This document shows positions 41,253 through 62,205 of a DNA stretch of 64,000 bases, piece after piece (the stretch's first letter is position 1; each line of letters begins with the position of its first letter). Origin of the DNA: the human T2T-CHM13v2.0 reference genome, Homo sapiens. The notes under the pieces were generated by a model, which worked only from the letters and a program-made list of their open reading frames with translations, ran no database searches and had not been told where the DNA came from. The position numbers and the translations under genes were made by a program. The stretch lies in NCBI RefSeq assembly GCF_009914755.1, contig NC_060936.1. The stretch is one strand, 5' to 3'.

Positions 41253-41402
41253 TACACGCTTGAGCAAGCTTTGCTATCAGCCAGCCAAGAGATAGAAATG
41301 CATGCAGATAACCCAGCAGCCATTCAGACAGTGGTGTTACAAAGGGATGATTTACAAAATGGACTGCTTAGTACGTGTCGAGAACTTTCTCGAGCCACTG
41401 CC
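41253..41402 (+). CDS. PLEKHA5: PLEKHA5 coding exon YTLEQALLSASQEIEMHADNPAAIQTVVLQRDDLQNGLLSTCRELSRATA
   Basis: Acceptor ATAATAG| and donor GCC|GTAAGT; 150 nt, after a 127-nt intron. Confidence 0.95.
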
Positions 41403-41658
41403 GTAAGTAGATTTTTTTTTTCCCCTAATAAAAGTAGCTTAAATATGTAGTTCTATTTTCTTCTCTTTTTTTTAATACTGGGCTCTCTTTAGGATTCTTC
41501 TATATTATTATAGCAGAAAATATTAATTTGTTATTAGTGTGCTTCTGTTTAGGAACATAAAATTAAAAGATTATTTAATTAGTGGGCATTCTGTTATTTA
41601 CTTATGAGACAAGGTCTCACTCTGTCACCCAGGCTGGAGTACAGTATTTTGACTATAA

Positions 41659-42241
<583 letters not shown>

Positions 42242-42384
42242 TCAATCAATAGAAATATAAATAGCAAGGCTGGGTGCGGTGGCTGACACCGTAATCCCAG
42301 GACTTTGGGAGGCCGAGGCAGGTGGATCACTTGAGGTCAGGAGTTTGAGACTAGCCTGGCCAACATGGTGAAACCTCGTCTCTA

Positions 42385-42631
<247 letters not shown>

Positions 42632-44157
42632 TTACCAAATCTAAAAGTCTTAACTTGCAGCTTATAAACTGTTTTATGAGTTTAAACAGCTGGCTTTAGG
42701 TCCTATGATGTGGTCATCTCTATAAACATAGTAAGAGCACCAGTCTAAGCAGCTCTTTGAAAGAGAAATCTTAGGAAAAACTGCCATGTTATATAAAACT
42801 GCTCCCAAACCCTTGTCTGTACCTTCAATGGGCTAGGGAGCAGCTATCTTTTAAGAAGGGCCACAGACAGTATAGCTTAATTTAGAGGAGTCTTTCCAGG
42901 CTGGCAAGATCCCAGAATCTCAACTTGGCTTCTATTCTGAACCCTGAATTCCAAACGTGAGCCATTTTTAAAGGAATATACCATGATTTTAAAATCACTG
43001 AAAACTTAGTTTGAGGAATTCTTAAATACCTTACATTTCTATTTCCATTTTTAAAATACTGTTATTTCTGTTGTCTCATTTGAGTCTTAATTATATTGTC
43101 ATGTTTGTAGACTTTTTTGAAATTTAATATCCTTTCCATTGTGAGTATCTTGAAATAAGAAACTATGTCTCATTCACATTGGATGAATGATTGAGCTGAA
43201 TGACTTACCCAAGGTTACAAAGCTAATAAATAATATACCTAAAACTCAAATCCAGATCTTCTTACCACATTTCTGAAGATTTAGATCTACATGGATTTCT
43301 GTAATATAGTCATAAAGAAAATATAAGCACCTGAAATACTGTCTACAAGGAAGTAGTACTGAGCTAATCAAGGATAGGTAGGATTTGGATACAATGAGAA
43401 GAGAAGTGAAGAGTGGTTTATTCAAATAATACAAAACACCCTAAGCCACAGCAAAGATGAGAACATAGGAGACATGTTTGGAAAAGGAGGAAATAGAACT
43501 AACAGCCTGACTGGGATAGAGGATTCCTGTGAGAGGATAGAAAATGTGAGATTAGAAAGGGAAAATGGGGTTAAACTGTCAATGCCAAGCTAATGAGAAG
43601 CTCAGGGTCTCTGTGACAACTTGAGTCAAATCAAAATGGTAGGCTCTACAGACATTTAGTTGGAAACTATTTAATGATTTGGTATCTGCTCTTGAAATTC
43701 CGATTTTAGGGAATCCCTTTCCTTATCAACTGGGATTAATAAATTAAATCTCATCAGTAGGTTTAGAATTTGCTGCATCTCAAGGTTAACTTTAGCCCAG
43801 ATGGGAAATTTGTTAAAAATATCTTAATAGAAATGAATTTTGCCAGGAGTGCTGGCTCACGCCTGTAATCTCAGTACTTTGGAAGGCTGAGGCAGGAGGA
43901 TTGCTTGGGCCCAGGAGTTTGAGACCAAACTGGGCAATTTAGGGAGACCCTATCTCTACAAGAAACAAAAAAGTAGCTGGGCATGGTGGTGTACACCTGT
44001 GATCCTAGCTACTTAGGAGACTGAGGTGGGAGGATCTCTTGAGCCCAGGAGGTCAAGGTTGTGTGATTGTGCCACTGCACTCCAGCCTGGGTGATAGAGT
44101 GATACACTGTCTCTAAAACAAAATCGTTAATAATAGAAGGCCAGGCATGGTGGCTCA

Positions 44158-44472
<315 letters not shown>

Positions 44473-44475
44473 TCA

Positions 44476-44868
<393 letters not shown>

Positions 44869-45299
44869 TCAACAATAATCAGTGGTTATGACAAACCCTC
44901 AGAATATATTCTTCTAAGACAAGTCTTATTGCATAGAATACAAACTATGTTATTTGTGCCTTTATGTAAACTTATTTATATTTGTAGCTTAAGGCTGCAA
45001 ATGTTAGCATGTGCATAACATCATACTGGGCATATGGTTGGCACTCAGTGAATGTTGATTAGATTTAAATTTGAATTACATTTTTGCTGGCAGAATCTCA
45101 AAGGATTTCACTGAATCTTTCACAGTCAGTTCATAGCACTAGTTCAAATCTAAGCCCCAAGCATAAGGGGTATAACATTAGCACCTCTGTAGATCAAAGC
45201 TGTGATTCTGAAAACATCTTCTCCTCACCTGGTAGGCCACAAAAGTACACAAAACTAGGATTAGCACAAGGGAAGCATGTAAAGCAGTGTTCCCTATAC

Positions 45300-48510
<3,211 letters not shown>

Positions 48511-50837
48511 TTCCCCAGGCTGGTGTGGTGGCTCATACTTGTAATCCTAGCACTTTGGGAGGCTGAGGTAGGCAGATTACTTGAGCCCAGGAGTTTGGGA
48601 CCAACCTAAGCAATATGGTGAAACTCCATCTCTACAAAAAAAAAAGCAAAAAACAAAAAAAACTAGCCGAGCACAGTGGCGTGTGCCTGGAGTGCCAACT
48701 ACTCAGGAGGCTGAGGCAGCAGGATGACCTGAGCCCAGAGAGGTCCCGGACAACAAAGTGAGACCCTGTTTCAAAAAACAAAACAAAAGAAAATCCACAA
48801 AAAAGCCAACAGAAGTGTGGCGCAGTAATAGTTATTTATTTAAATCTTCCCCTGTGTGCTAGCCTTTCTATTTTTATTATATCTAGAATTTTTAACAATA
48901 AAAAGCAAGCACTTTCTTTGAGATGAGAAGTTAGTTTTGTTTCATTGAAAACATTAGAGAAGAAACTAAACATGGGAGTTAACAATTACAAATAGCTAAA
49001 ACATAGAATGACTACAATTGTGGTCATAAACTAGAAATTTAAAATATGGATAGCTTTATAATTGTGGCTGATAGTTGAGCCTCACTTTATACAGTTTGAG
49101 TTGGTGCCCTTTTAAACATCTTTTTTAGTGTGTTTCAAGTCGAGGCTAAGTGAAAAAATAATAATAAAACGTAAACATCTTTTTAGGTTAAAAAAAGCCA
49201 GTGTAGTCATTAGATAGTGTAATGAGGCATGCCATGTGCTTAATAAGTAGTGATTTTATTTGAGAAGCAGTTACATGACAAGTATAAATTCGTAAAAAAA
49301 AATTATTTTTTAAAAAACTCCTTAAATAAGCACATTCTTCAAATGTGAGCCAGGAAATCTCTACATCCTGAAGGTAAAATGAAAAAATGAATAAATCAGA
49401 CATAAGTTTCTTTTGATTGACCTGAAAAATCAACTGCTTCTAATACCAGTTGGCAGGACTGTTATGGTGGAGTATTAGTGACCAAAAATTAACATTTTAA
49501 TTTTTTTGCCTGATCCTCGAAATATACCAGTAAAATTAATTTAAATATCATAAGGCTTTGATTTTCCAAGATATAGTGGTGGGCATTAATTTGTAATATT
49601 ACTTAAATTTGGAAAGAGATGTTTGAGTTTAAATTAGGAAGTTAATGAATAATTACACTACATCTATTGCCTCTCCCTCATTTTGATATTAAAAACCTAT
49701 GTCAATACTTTTCCAAAGTTGTAGGTTTTATTTTTTAATGAAAAGCAGAAAAATGAATTGACATTTCTTAAATTAAAACTTAGAAACCCTAATTGAGAAG
49801 CAAACCAGAAGTAAAACAGTTTATTAGCTCTAAGAATAATAGTAATTATTTGCTTTTTTTTAAACTATAGCCACCTGTAGTCTTACAATATTTACTTGAT
49901 TATTTTAAAAAGAGGCAATGTGACAGCAAAATACAGAGAAAACAATTTGAGATTTGTGTCTAGTGTATTGTGTAACCATTCCCTTGAGTAGATTTTGTTG
50001 TAAATTGCCATTGATTTTAGATAAGAAAAGGAAAGTTTTCCTCATATTAAAAACTTGGAAATGCATCATTGGTTTTGATTTTTTTTTAAATAGAATTTTT
50101 TTGTAGAGATGAGATCTCCCTATGTTGCCCAGGCTGGTCTTGAGTTCCTGAGCTCAGGAGATTTCTCCCACCTCAGCCTCCCAAACTGCTGGGATTACAG
50201 GCGTAAGCCACCATGCCCGGCCATTAATCCTTTCTTAATAAAGGACATAGTATATATCTGCTATATAGCCGTCTAGCTAAATATTAAAATCCTTAACTGA
50301 TTTTTTTGGAAATCTGGAATTTCATTACATTCCTGCTTCACTTTCTCCCCCGCACAGTGGCCAAGTCTTGTCTCAGTACAGACTACATAGAAGTAAGCAC
50401 TATTAAAATTTACTTGTTCCATACCCTAAACTTAGACAATTTTTTTAAAAAAAATCTTGTCCGGGCCTGCTGGCTCCTATGTGTAATCCCAGCACTTTGG
50501 GAGGCTGAGGCAGGAGAATTGCTTTAGCCTAGGAGTTCAGGACCAGCCTGGACAACATAGTGAGACCTCAAGTTTACAGAAGATTAAAAAACAATGCCCC
50601 AGCATGGTGGTGTGCACCTGTACTACTCAGGAGGCCAAGGTGGGAGGATTGCTTGAGCCTGGGGAGTTGAGGCTGCAGTGAGCTGAGATCACACCACTGC
50701 ACTCCAGCCCAGGTGACAGAGTAAGAAAAGTCTGGCCTGGCACAGAGGCTCACACCTGTAATCCCAGTTCTTTGGAAAGATTGCTTGAGCCCAGGAGTTC
50801 AAGACCAGCCTGAGCAACATGGTGAAACCCCAAATTA

Positions 50838-50990
<153 letters not shown>

Positions 50991-51213
50991 CTAGAAAACT
51001 CTGCAGCAATCCCTCCTCCTGCCCAACATGCACACTATTTTTTTCTTTTCTTGGAATATAACATGTTCTCAGAAAAGCACACAGTTTAGGAGTTTAGCCA
51101 ATATCTATATCAAGACATTGAATTTTACTAGCATACCAGAGGCTCCTCTCCCAAAAGGAACACTGCCAGACTTTTTTCTTCTTTCTTTTCCTTTAACTTT
51201 TTAAAATTGTTTT

Positions 51214-51345
51214 AGAGACAGGGTATTGCTACATTGCCCAGATGGGAGTGCAGTGGCTATTCACAGGTGCAGTCATAGCACACCACAGCCTCCAACTCTT
51301 AGCCTCAAGTGATCCTCCCCCTGCCCAGTCTCCTGAGTAGCTATA
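51214..51345 (-). mobile_element. FAM (fossil Alu monomer)
   Basis: GTGCAGTGGCTATTCACAGGTGCAGTCATAGCAC retains 7SL-like sequence diagnostic of FAM. Confidence 0.7.
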
Positions 51346-51770
51346 GCCTAGCACCTGACATTTAAACTATAGGTGAGTTTTGCCTATTTTTGAACTTGTT
51401 TTTTGGAGACAAAGTCTCTTACACAGGCTGGAGTACAATGGCACAATCTCAGCTCACTGCAACCTGCACCTCGCTCAAGCGATCCTCTCACCTCAGCCTC
51501 CCAAGTAGCTGGGACTACAGACATGCGCCACCATACCTAATTTCTGTATACTTTGCAGAGATGGGATTTCACCATGTTGCCCAGGCTGGTCTCAGATTCC
51601 TGGGCTCAAGCGATCCGTCCATCTCGGCCTCCTAAACTGCTGGGATTACAGGCATGAGCCACTGCACTCAGTCTTGAACTTTATGTGAAGTGTAACCATA
51701 TACTCTTTGCCTGGCTTCCTTTAACTTACGAGGTTCATCCATATAGTTCCAGATTGAAAGAATCCATTCA

Positions 51771-52001
<231 letters not shown>

Positions 52002-52134
52002 TCAAAAAAAAGAAGGCCAGCCGCGGGTGGCTCATGGGTGTAATCCCAGCACTTTGGGAGGCTGAGGCAGGCGGATCATGAGGTCAGGAGATTAAGACCA
52101 TCCTGGCTAACACGATGAAACCACGTCTCTACTA

Positions 52135-52508
<374 letters not shown>

Positions 52509-53537
52509 TAGTAGAGACAGGGTTTCACTATGTTGACCAGGCTGGTCTTAAACTCCTGACCTCGTGATCCCCCTGCCTCAGCCTCCCAGAGTGCTGAGAT
52601 TACAGGCGTGAGCCACCGCACCTGGCCTTCATTTATTCTTTTAACTGTATAGCCTGGCATTCTCTACTTTTTATTGAAAGCACTATTTTGTGGCAAGTAC
52701 TTGAGATTTTAAGGTAATTGTATATTTGAAAAGTATTAGCCCTTGTAAATTATCTTGCTATATTAGCTTCTTGACCACAAATACGTAAGGTCATATTTAA
52801 AGATTATTAGCATGGTACTCATATAATCTAGTAAATTCTTTAATGAAATACCCAGCCAGATGTTGGGAGGAAATGTGTTGTGCCATTGCTGTCCTTTCCT
52901 CGCTGTCCTCTGTTGTCTTGTGTTCCTACCCACCTGGTAATCATGTTTGAGGAGCTGAGGTAAAGACAGAAACAGGTAGGCCTAGCAGGATTACAGGACT
53001 TGGGCCAGTTCAGTGGCAGGACTCTCCAGGTTAGGAAAATTGAAAGTATACTGTGCCTCTTCACTTCTAAAATACTGATAAAGGAATGTCTAGCTCTCAA
53101 TCTGTATTTTTAATGTTTCTTTAAGAAAGAGAAGGATTCCTACCATCCTGAAATGTTCTTATACTTAAATGCCTCTGCAGTGCAGTTAAGCCTACCCTGA
53201 ACTCTGCATTTCCACAAGGGAGCTTAGGTGTTAGCCTGTAATACCCTCTTAGCCACTGGGCTGTCATTGGATCTGTTGTCTTAATTTACTCTCCCTAAAG
53301 CCATCAAAGACCCACTATTTGCAGTTTTTGTGGTGCACACAAATTAAACCATGGCTAGAATTAATTTTTGTTAAAGGAAATTAATTTTCATATTTATTCA
53401 TGTAAAAAGAATTTGCTGACTAGATGTGGTGGCTCACACCTGTAATCTCAGCACTATGAGAGGCCAAGGCTGGTGGAATCACTTGAGACCAGCAGTTAGA
53501 GAGCAACCTGGGCAACATGGCAAAATCCTGTCTTCAC

Positions 53538-53540
53538 AAA

Positions 53541-53605
<65 letters not shown>

Positions 53606-53630
53606 ATCTGTATACGCACACACACACAAA
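53538..53630. repeat. A(n)-(TA)n-(CA)n compound microsatellite in an Alu linker
   Basis: Poly-A followed by a long TA run and a short CA run. Confidence 0.9.
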
Positions 53631-54128
53631 ATATTAGCCGGGCATAGGGGTGATGGCACACCCTGTTTTCCCAGTACATTTTGAATAATTTTTCTTCACC
53701 TAAGATTTTTTTTTTATGAAAAAAAAAAAAAAAAAAAAGACTGGCAAGATAGCTTCAGTTTTTTGTTTTTTTTTTTTTTCTTTTTGGAGACATGGTCATC
53801 TGTCACCCAGGCTGGAGTGCAGTAGCACAATTTTGGCTCACTGCAACCTCCGCCTCTGGGCTCAAGCAATCCTCCCACCTCAGCCCTGCCCCGAGTAGCT
53901 GGGACCACAGGCAAGCGCCACCGCACCCAGAGAATTTTTGTATTTTTTCGTAGAGATGGGGTCTCTCTATGTTGCCCAGGCTGGTCTCGAGCTCCTGGGC
54001 TCAAGTGATCCACCTGCCTCAGCCTCCTAAAGTGCTGGGATTATAGGCGAGAACCACCACACCCAGCCAATCACCTAAATTTTCTAAAGTTATTTTAAGT
54101 TAGTTACAGAATATACAAAATAAGATAG

Positions 54129-54275
<147 letters not shown>

Positions 54276-55249
54276 TAAGCAGCTGGGATTACAGGCGCCT
54301 GCCACTGCGCCTGGCTAATTTTTTTTTTTTTTTTTTTGTATTTTTAGTAGAGACAGGGTTTGGTTACGTTGGTCAGGTAGTTTCAAACTCCTGACCTCGT
54401 GATCTGCCTGCCTCAGCCTCCTGAGGCGCAATCTCGGCTCACTGCAACCTCTGCTTCCTAGGTTCAAGCGATTCTCCCTCCACAGGCTTCCAAGTAGCTA
54501 GGACCACAGGCACAAGTCATCGGGCCCAGCTAATTTTTGTGTTTTCAGTAGAGACAGGGTTTCACCATGTTGGCCAGGGTGGTCTCAAACTGCTGAGCTC
54601 AAGTGATCTGCCCCCGTCAGCCTCCCAAAGTGCTGAGATTACAGATGTGAGCCACTGCGTCTGGCAGATGATGTATTTTTAAGCACCTCTAGAATTATTC
54701 TATATTCAACAAATGACAAGCTGTTAAAGACCAAACATCAAAATCTTCTCTGTGATATTATTGGTTTGGGGGTGATTTTTTTTCCAAAGGAGAAAAGTAC
54801 AGATGGATAATAGTGTCTATATTGAGTCCTCACAAACAGGATTCACTGAATTGTTTAAATAGCTAGCTAAATTCATTTGTTTTATTGTATTACTATAAGC
54901 TTATTGTAAGTAAAGTCATGTCAAGCCTCTGATGTTATTGAAATTCCAATATGCTAAAATACAAACTATTTCCATTCATGGAGAACTTTTAATGAAGACA
55001 GATAAGAAAATGCTTTATTTATGCCTCTTCTACATTTTAGGAAATAAACAGCAGCACAATAATACTTAGGTTGCTTAGTAAATTTTTGTTGAATTGAGTT
55101 TTAAAAAGGGACAAAAATGGTTATAAAAATTCCTGTTTTGCTAAGTATAAACTATATGACTTTCTAAAATCTAGAAAGTTACAATTGGAGTGATAACACC
55201 ATAAAAGCACATTTTCCCCATTAAAGTAATTAACACTTTTTGGTTTTAG

Positions 55250-55351
55250 GAATTGGAACGAGCATGGAGAGAATATGATAAGTTAGAATACGATGTAACT
55301 GTTACCAGGAACCAGATGCAAGAGCAGCTGGATCACCTTGGTGAAGTTCAG
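55250..55351 (+). CDS. PLEKHA5: PLEKHA5 coding exon ELERAWREYDKLEYDVTVTRNQMQEQLDHLGEVQ
   Basis: Acceptor GGTTTTAG| and donor CAG|GTACAA; 102 nt; overlaps ORF 55253-55465. Confidence 0.95.
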
Positions 55352-55676
55352 GTACAAAAGTATAATATTCTTTATATTGTTTTAACTGTTTTTACTGGTA
55401 CTGTACAATCCACCTTGTTAGATTTACGCATACCCATAACAGTTTTTACATTATTGGCTACCTGAGACCTGGATTTGAATACTTTTAATGACAGGAATCT
55501 TACTATCTCACAAAGGAGACCATCCCCTCTTGTTTAAGAGTTCTTTGTTCTGTTGGGCACATGGTGAGCCCTGGAGTGTTCTGTGCTCCTATCAGTCTCA
55601 GCTCTACAGTTTCCTAAAAACATGGTTTCATATCCTTTCACAGGTCCATCTGTGTCACTTGGTATTGAGATGTTGA

Positions 55677-55891
<215 letters not shown>

Positions 55892-56141
55892 TAGGGGAAG
55901 ATACAGCACCATTTGCTATAAAGAATCCAGTTAATAAGCAAACAGATCTGAGACCTAGTTCCAAGGGTTAGTTTTCTTATCTATAAAATAGAAATAATAA
56001 TACTTGGCCGGGCATAGTGGCTCACGCCTATAGTCCCAGCACTTTCGGAGGCTGAAGTGGGTAGATCACCTGAGGTCAGGAGTTTGAGACCAGCCTGGCC
56101 AACATGGCGAAACCCTGTCTCTACTATAAATACAAAAATTA

Positions 56142-56281
<140 letters not shown>

Positions 56282-56549
56282 TCAAAAAAAAAAAAAAAAA
56301 AAAAGAAATAATAATACTTGTCTTAAAATGTTGCTCTGAGGAACGCAGATAATACATGTTTAAGAAAATAATAAAAGTTACGTCATGCTTATGACCCAAT
56401 GTAAATTTGAACATTTTAGTTGGAAATGCATGGACTTAACAGACAGATCAATACAATGAATGAAAAATTAGTTAAGTTCAAGACCAACCAGCCTGACCAA
56501 CATGGGGAAACCCCATCTGTACTAAAAAATACAAAATTAGCCAGGATCA

Positions 56550-56807
<258 letters not shown>

Positions 56808-56822
56808 TCAGCTGCCCTCTAT

Positions 56823-57450
56823 CTGTGCTGTCCAGCATAGTACTGGCCACATGTAGTTGTTGGGCATATGAAATGTGACTATTGTGACTACACAATTAAA
56901 ACTGAACTTTTAGTTGTATTCATGTTAACTATCTAAATGTATTTACTTGTTTATTGAATCAGGGTTTTGTTCTGTCACCCAGGCTGGAGTGCAGTAGCAT
57001 GAGCCTAGATGAAACCTTGAACTCCTGGGCCCAAGTGATCCTCCCACCTCAGCCTTCCAAAGTTCTGGGATCGGCTGGACACATTGGCTCATGCCTGTAA
57101 TCCCAGCACTTTGGGAGGCCGTGGTGGGAGGATCACTTGAGGCCAGAAGTTTGAGACCAGCCTGGCCAACGCAGTGAAACCCCACCTCTACAAAAATACA
57201 AAAATTAGCTGGGCACTTGTGGTCCCAGCTACTTGGAAGGCTGAGGCAGGAGAATCGCATGAGCCTGGGAGGCAGAGGTTGCAGTGGAGTGGAGATCACG
57301 CAACTGTATGCCAGCCTGGGCGACAAAGGGAGACTCTGTCTCAAAAAAAAAAAACACAAAGTGCTGAGATTACAGGCATGAGTCACCAAGCCCAGTTTGT
57401 CTAAATTTAAATGGCCACATGTGGCTGGGACTTCTGTATTGGACACTGAA
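56823..57450. mobile_element. MER3/MER33-like hAT MITE containing an antisense Alu that itself contains a sense Alu
   Basis: Ends GTGCTGTCCA...GGCCACATGT and GGCCACATGTGGCT...TATTGGACAC flank nested Alus at about 56945-57395. Confidence 0.6.
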
Positions 57451-57702
57451 GTTACACTGTCAGTAATCAGCTACAATAATCAGCTACAGGCACCTGTAAT
57501 CCCAGCTACTCGGGAGGCTGTGGCAGGAGAATCACTTCAACCTGGGAGGCGGAGGTTGCAGTGATCGGAGATCACACCATTGCACTCCAGCCTGAGTGAT
57601 GGGCAAAAGTCCATCTCAAAAAAAAAAAATAATAAGAAATCAGCTACAAAAATGAGATGCTAAATACACTAGAAAAATAGCTATAAATACCTAAGATATT
57701 AC

Positions 57703-58162
57703 TAGAGGTCAGCAAACTTTCTGTAAAAGGCCAGATCTGTCACATATTATTTAATGTTTTTTGTTATTTTATAACTTCTCTTTTTTTTTTTTGAGACAGA
57801 GTTTCACTCTTGTTGCCCAGGCTGGTGTGCAGTGGTGTGATCTCTGCTCACTGCAACCTCCGCCTCTCATGTTGAAGTGATTCTCCTGCCTCAGCCTTCC
57901 TAGTAGCTGGGATTACAGGCATGTGCCACCATACCTGGCTAATTTTTGTATTTTTAGTAGAGACAAGGTTTCACCATGTTAGCCAGGCTGGTCTTGAACA
58001 CCTGACCTCAGGTGATCTGCCCGCCTTGGCCTCCCAGAGTGCTAGGATTACAGGCATGAGCCACCGTGCCCGGCTATAACTTCTTAAAAATAGTAAAATT
58101 TGTTCTTAACTCACAGGCCATACCAAAAGAGGCTGCAGGCCACAGAAATTTGCCAATCCCAG
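57703..58162. mobile_element. MER58-like hAT MITE interrupted by an antisense Alu
   Basis: Starts GGTCAGCAAACTTTCTGTAAAAGGCCAGAT and ends TTTGCCAATCCC; Alu at about 57780-58074 with TSD TATAACTTCT. Confidence 0.6.
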
Positions 58163-59045
58163 ATTTAACCTGCCAAAAAATATATTTATTATGAAAATTT
58201 AGTAACCTTATTACAGGATATAAGAGAAGACCTGAATTAATGGAGAGGTGTAATTGGTATACCATATTCATGGATGGTCTGATTTAACATTATCACAATG
58301 AAAATTCTTCCTGTAAATGCAATTTTATTCCAACCAAATTTCCAGTAGAATTTTCTAAAGAAATTTCTGAAATGGCTCTAATATTTTTAAGGTATAATAA
58401 AAACCACAAGTAGTTAAGACATTTCAAAAAAAAATAAAAGAATGAGAAGTCATACTCTATGAATGGTAACATTGCATATACAGCCTTAGACCAGTTACAT
58501 AACAACTCTGGGTCTCAGTTTCCACAACTATAAAATAAAATAATACCTACTCCTGCTAGGTTATTATGAGGATAAATATGTTTATATTTTGCAGCATGTA
58601 GAATAAAACCAGGCATATAAAACACGCTATATAAGTGTTTGTTAAATAAATAAACAGGGAAACATAATGTAAAACTATAGTGTTAAACATGGTACAGGAA
58701 AAAATAGACCAATGGAACAGAATAGAGAGTTTAGCAGCAGGCCATGAATATCCACAAAGCAGAGAGAGAAAGAAAGAGAGAGAATTGTTGAACAGCATTT
58801 GGCTTTATCAAAGTTAAAGATTTACCCTCAATGAAGGCAACATAGACAGAGTAAAAAGATGACCTACTGGGAGGATGTATGTTTTACCTCAAAAATTCAA
58901 CAAAGGATAACTATTTAGATTTGCAAGGAAGTTTTTCTTTTTGATTTGGAGAAATAATCCTTTAGAAAAACATACAAAAAACATGAGTAACTAATCATAG
59001 GAAAACTCAAATTACTAACACGTGTTTGAAAAATAGTTCAAAGTT

Positions 59046-59742
59046 ACTGGGAAGAGAGGAGCCCCTCTGCCCGGCCAGCCGCCCCGTCCAGGAGGGAGGC
59101 GGGGAGGTCAGCCCCCCGCCCGGCCAGCCGCCCCATCCGGGAGGTGAGGGGCGCCTCTGCCCGGCCGCCCCTACTGGGAAGTGAGGAGCCCCTCTGCCCG
59201 GCCACCACCCCGTCTGGGAGGTGTACTCAACAGCTCATTGAGAACGGGCCATGATGACAATGGCGGTTTTGTGGAATAGAAAGGGGGGAAAGGTGGGGAA
59301 AAGATTGAGAAATCGGATGGTTGCCGTGTCTGTGTAGAAAGAGGTAGACATGGGAGACTTTTCATTTTGTTCTGTACTAAGAAAAATTCTTCTGCCTTGG
59401 GATCCTGTTGATCTGTGACCTTACCCCCAACCCTGTGCTCTCTGAAACATGTGCTGTGTCCACTCAGGGTTGAATGGATTAAGGGTGGTGCAAGATGTGC
59501 TTTGTTAAACAGATGCTTGAAGGCAGCATGCTCGTTAAGAGTCATCACCACTCCCTAATCTCAAGTACCCAGGGACTCAAACACTGCGGAAGGCCGCAGG
59601 GTCCTCTGCCTAGGAAAACCAGAGACCTTTGTTCACTTATCTGCTGACCTTCCCTCCACTATTGTCCTGTGACCCTGCCAAATCCCCCTCTGCGAGAAAC
59701 ACCCAAGAATGATCAATAAAAAAAAAAAAAAAAAAAAGAAAA
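59046..59742 (+). mobile_element. 5'-truncated SVA (D-like): VNTR end, SINE-R and poly(A)
   Basis: GC-rich VNTR units (CCTCTGCCCGGCC...), HERV-K-derived SINE-R, AATAAA at 59715 followed by an A tail, and an 18-bp TSD GAAAAATAGTTCAAAGTT. Confidence 0.95.
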
Positions 59743-59760
59743 GAAAAATAGTTCAAAGTT

Positions 59761-60076
<316 letters not shown>

Positions 60077-61105
60077 TCAAAGTTAGTAGTAACCAGAGAA
60101 ATGCAAATAAAATAAAAATTAGATTTGCATTGTATACCGTTTCAGATTGGCAAAAATGTGTCTATACATATATATATCTTTTAAATTTTATGAAAGTAAT
60201 ACATGTTGTATATAGATGTGCAAGGATCTGTTATTTATAGTGACCTTCCCATCCTCTGTGTCAGTATTTACATCTCTGGGCTGTCGTTGTGTTTGGCTCT
60301 TGCATGGGTACTTTCTTTTTTTTTACTTTTTGATGCTTCCAGGCTGTAGCTTGGAAAACTAGATAACTTAGGTTATGTAGTGCCTTTTTGGAGCAGCATT
60401 AATTCATAGTCTTTAGGCTTATAGACTTTTCTTGAGTTTTTTCTTTTTCTTTTTTTAATCTTTTGATCAACTCCCAAGTGCTTGGAAGACTTTGAAAACA
60501 TATTGCTTTTTTTTTCCCCCTGTGACAGAGTCTCACTCTGTCACCTAGGCTGGAGGACAGTGGCACGATCTTGGCTCACTGCAACCTCTTCCCCCAGGCT
60601 CAAGTGATCCTCTCACCTCAGCCTCCCAAGTAGCTGGGACCACAGACATACACCACCCCGCCCAGCTAAGTTTTTGTATTTTTGGTAGAGATGGGGTTTT
60701 TCTGTGTTGCCCAGGCAGGTCTTGAACTCCTGAGCTTAAGCAATCCACCCACTTCAGCCTCCCAAAGTGCTGGGATTATAGGTGTGAGCCACTGTGCCTG
60801 GCTGAAAACATATTTCTACCCATTAGAGGACTTTTTTAGCATATTGATGCAATACTGATTATATTCTAATATCTATAGTCATTAATAACTGATACTCAGC
60901 CAAAGAAAATATTGTTCTAGGCAATGTGACAGTTTTTGTATGTCATTGCCTATTTTTAAAAATAAAGTTACATTCCTAGAATAGTGTTTAGTATTATCCA
61001 GAATGGTGTTATTATTACCCTATTTATGAATAAGAGTCATAGATTTCTAATAGAATCTCAGAGAAAACCAAGGTAATCTTATTTTGGTTTCAGTTAGTGT
61101 ATTTA

Positions 61106-61309
<204 letters not shown>

Positions 61310-62093
61310 CTAGCTACTCGGGAGGCTGAGGCAGGGCAATTGCTTGAACCTGGGAGGTAGAGTTTGCAGTGAGCTGAGATTATGACGTTGCACAAAATAC
61401 AAAAATTATGGCATAGCACGTGCCGTAATCCCCACTACTGAGGAAGCTGAGGCAGCAGAATCACTTGCGCCCAGGAGGCAGAGGCTGCAGTGAACTGAGA
61501 GCTTGCCACTGCACTCCAGCCTGGGCGACAGAGCAAGACTCTGTCTCAAAAAAAAATAAAAATAAAAAAATACATTTAAACTCTGTCAGTCAAAATTCAT
61601 CTTGATATATTTTGTTAGTTGTACCTTTGTTGTTGTTTTTATGTTCTAGAACCTAGGAAGTTAGTACACCTTCCATTTCTCACCCATTCCCCAATGCCCT
61701 GCCACATCTCCCCCTCCCAGAAATTATTTTTTCTTTTGGGGTTTGTTTCTGCTCTGTTTTCATTCTCTCTGTTTGTATTTTCCATTTTGGGTCCCTTTTA
61801 ATCAATATGCCTTCCTGGTATCATAAATAATGTAAGACAAAGCTTATTGGAAAGATTTAAAATAGTATATTTAAGTATGAAAATTAAATATTTTTCTTGC
61901 TCTGCTCAGTCTTTTATATTTGCCACTGGACTTGCAAAATTGGGAGAGTCACATCAATCATATTAAATATTCGTAACACTTAATTCACTGCAATTTGCAT
62001 TTTTAGATGTAATTTATATAATTAATATATAATCATTTAACTTCAGTGAATGATTTTTTTTCTTATATATGGTCTATCCATTTTTACTGATAG

Positions 62094-62205
62094 ACGGAAT
62101 CAGCAGGAATTCAGCGTGCACAGATTCAGAAAGAACTTTGGCGAATTCAGGATGTCATGGAAGGGCTGAGTAAACATAAGCAGCAAAGAGGTACTACAGA
62201 AATAG
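62094..62205 (+). CDS. PLEKHA5: PLEKHA5 coding exon TESAGIQRAQIQKELWRIQDVMEGLSKHKQQRGTTEI(G), phase 0 to 1
   Basis: Acceptor CTGATAG| and donor TAG|GTAAAT; QIQKELWRIQDV resembles a motif shared in the PLEKHA4-7 family. Confidence 0.95.

Noticed and set aside
59171-59551. 126-aa minus-strand ORF MVMTLNEHAAFKHLFNKAHL...
   Set aside because: It is an antisense frame of the SVA SINE-R sequence.
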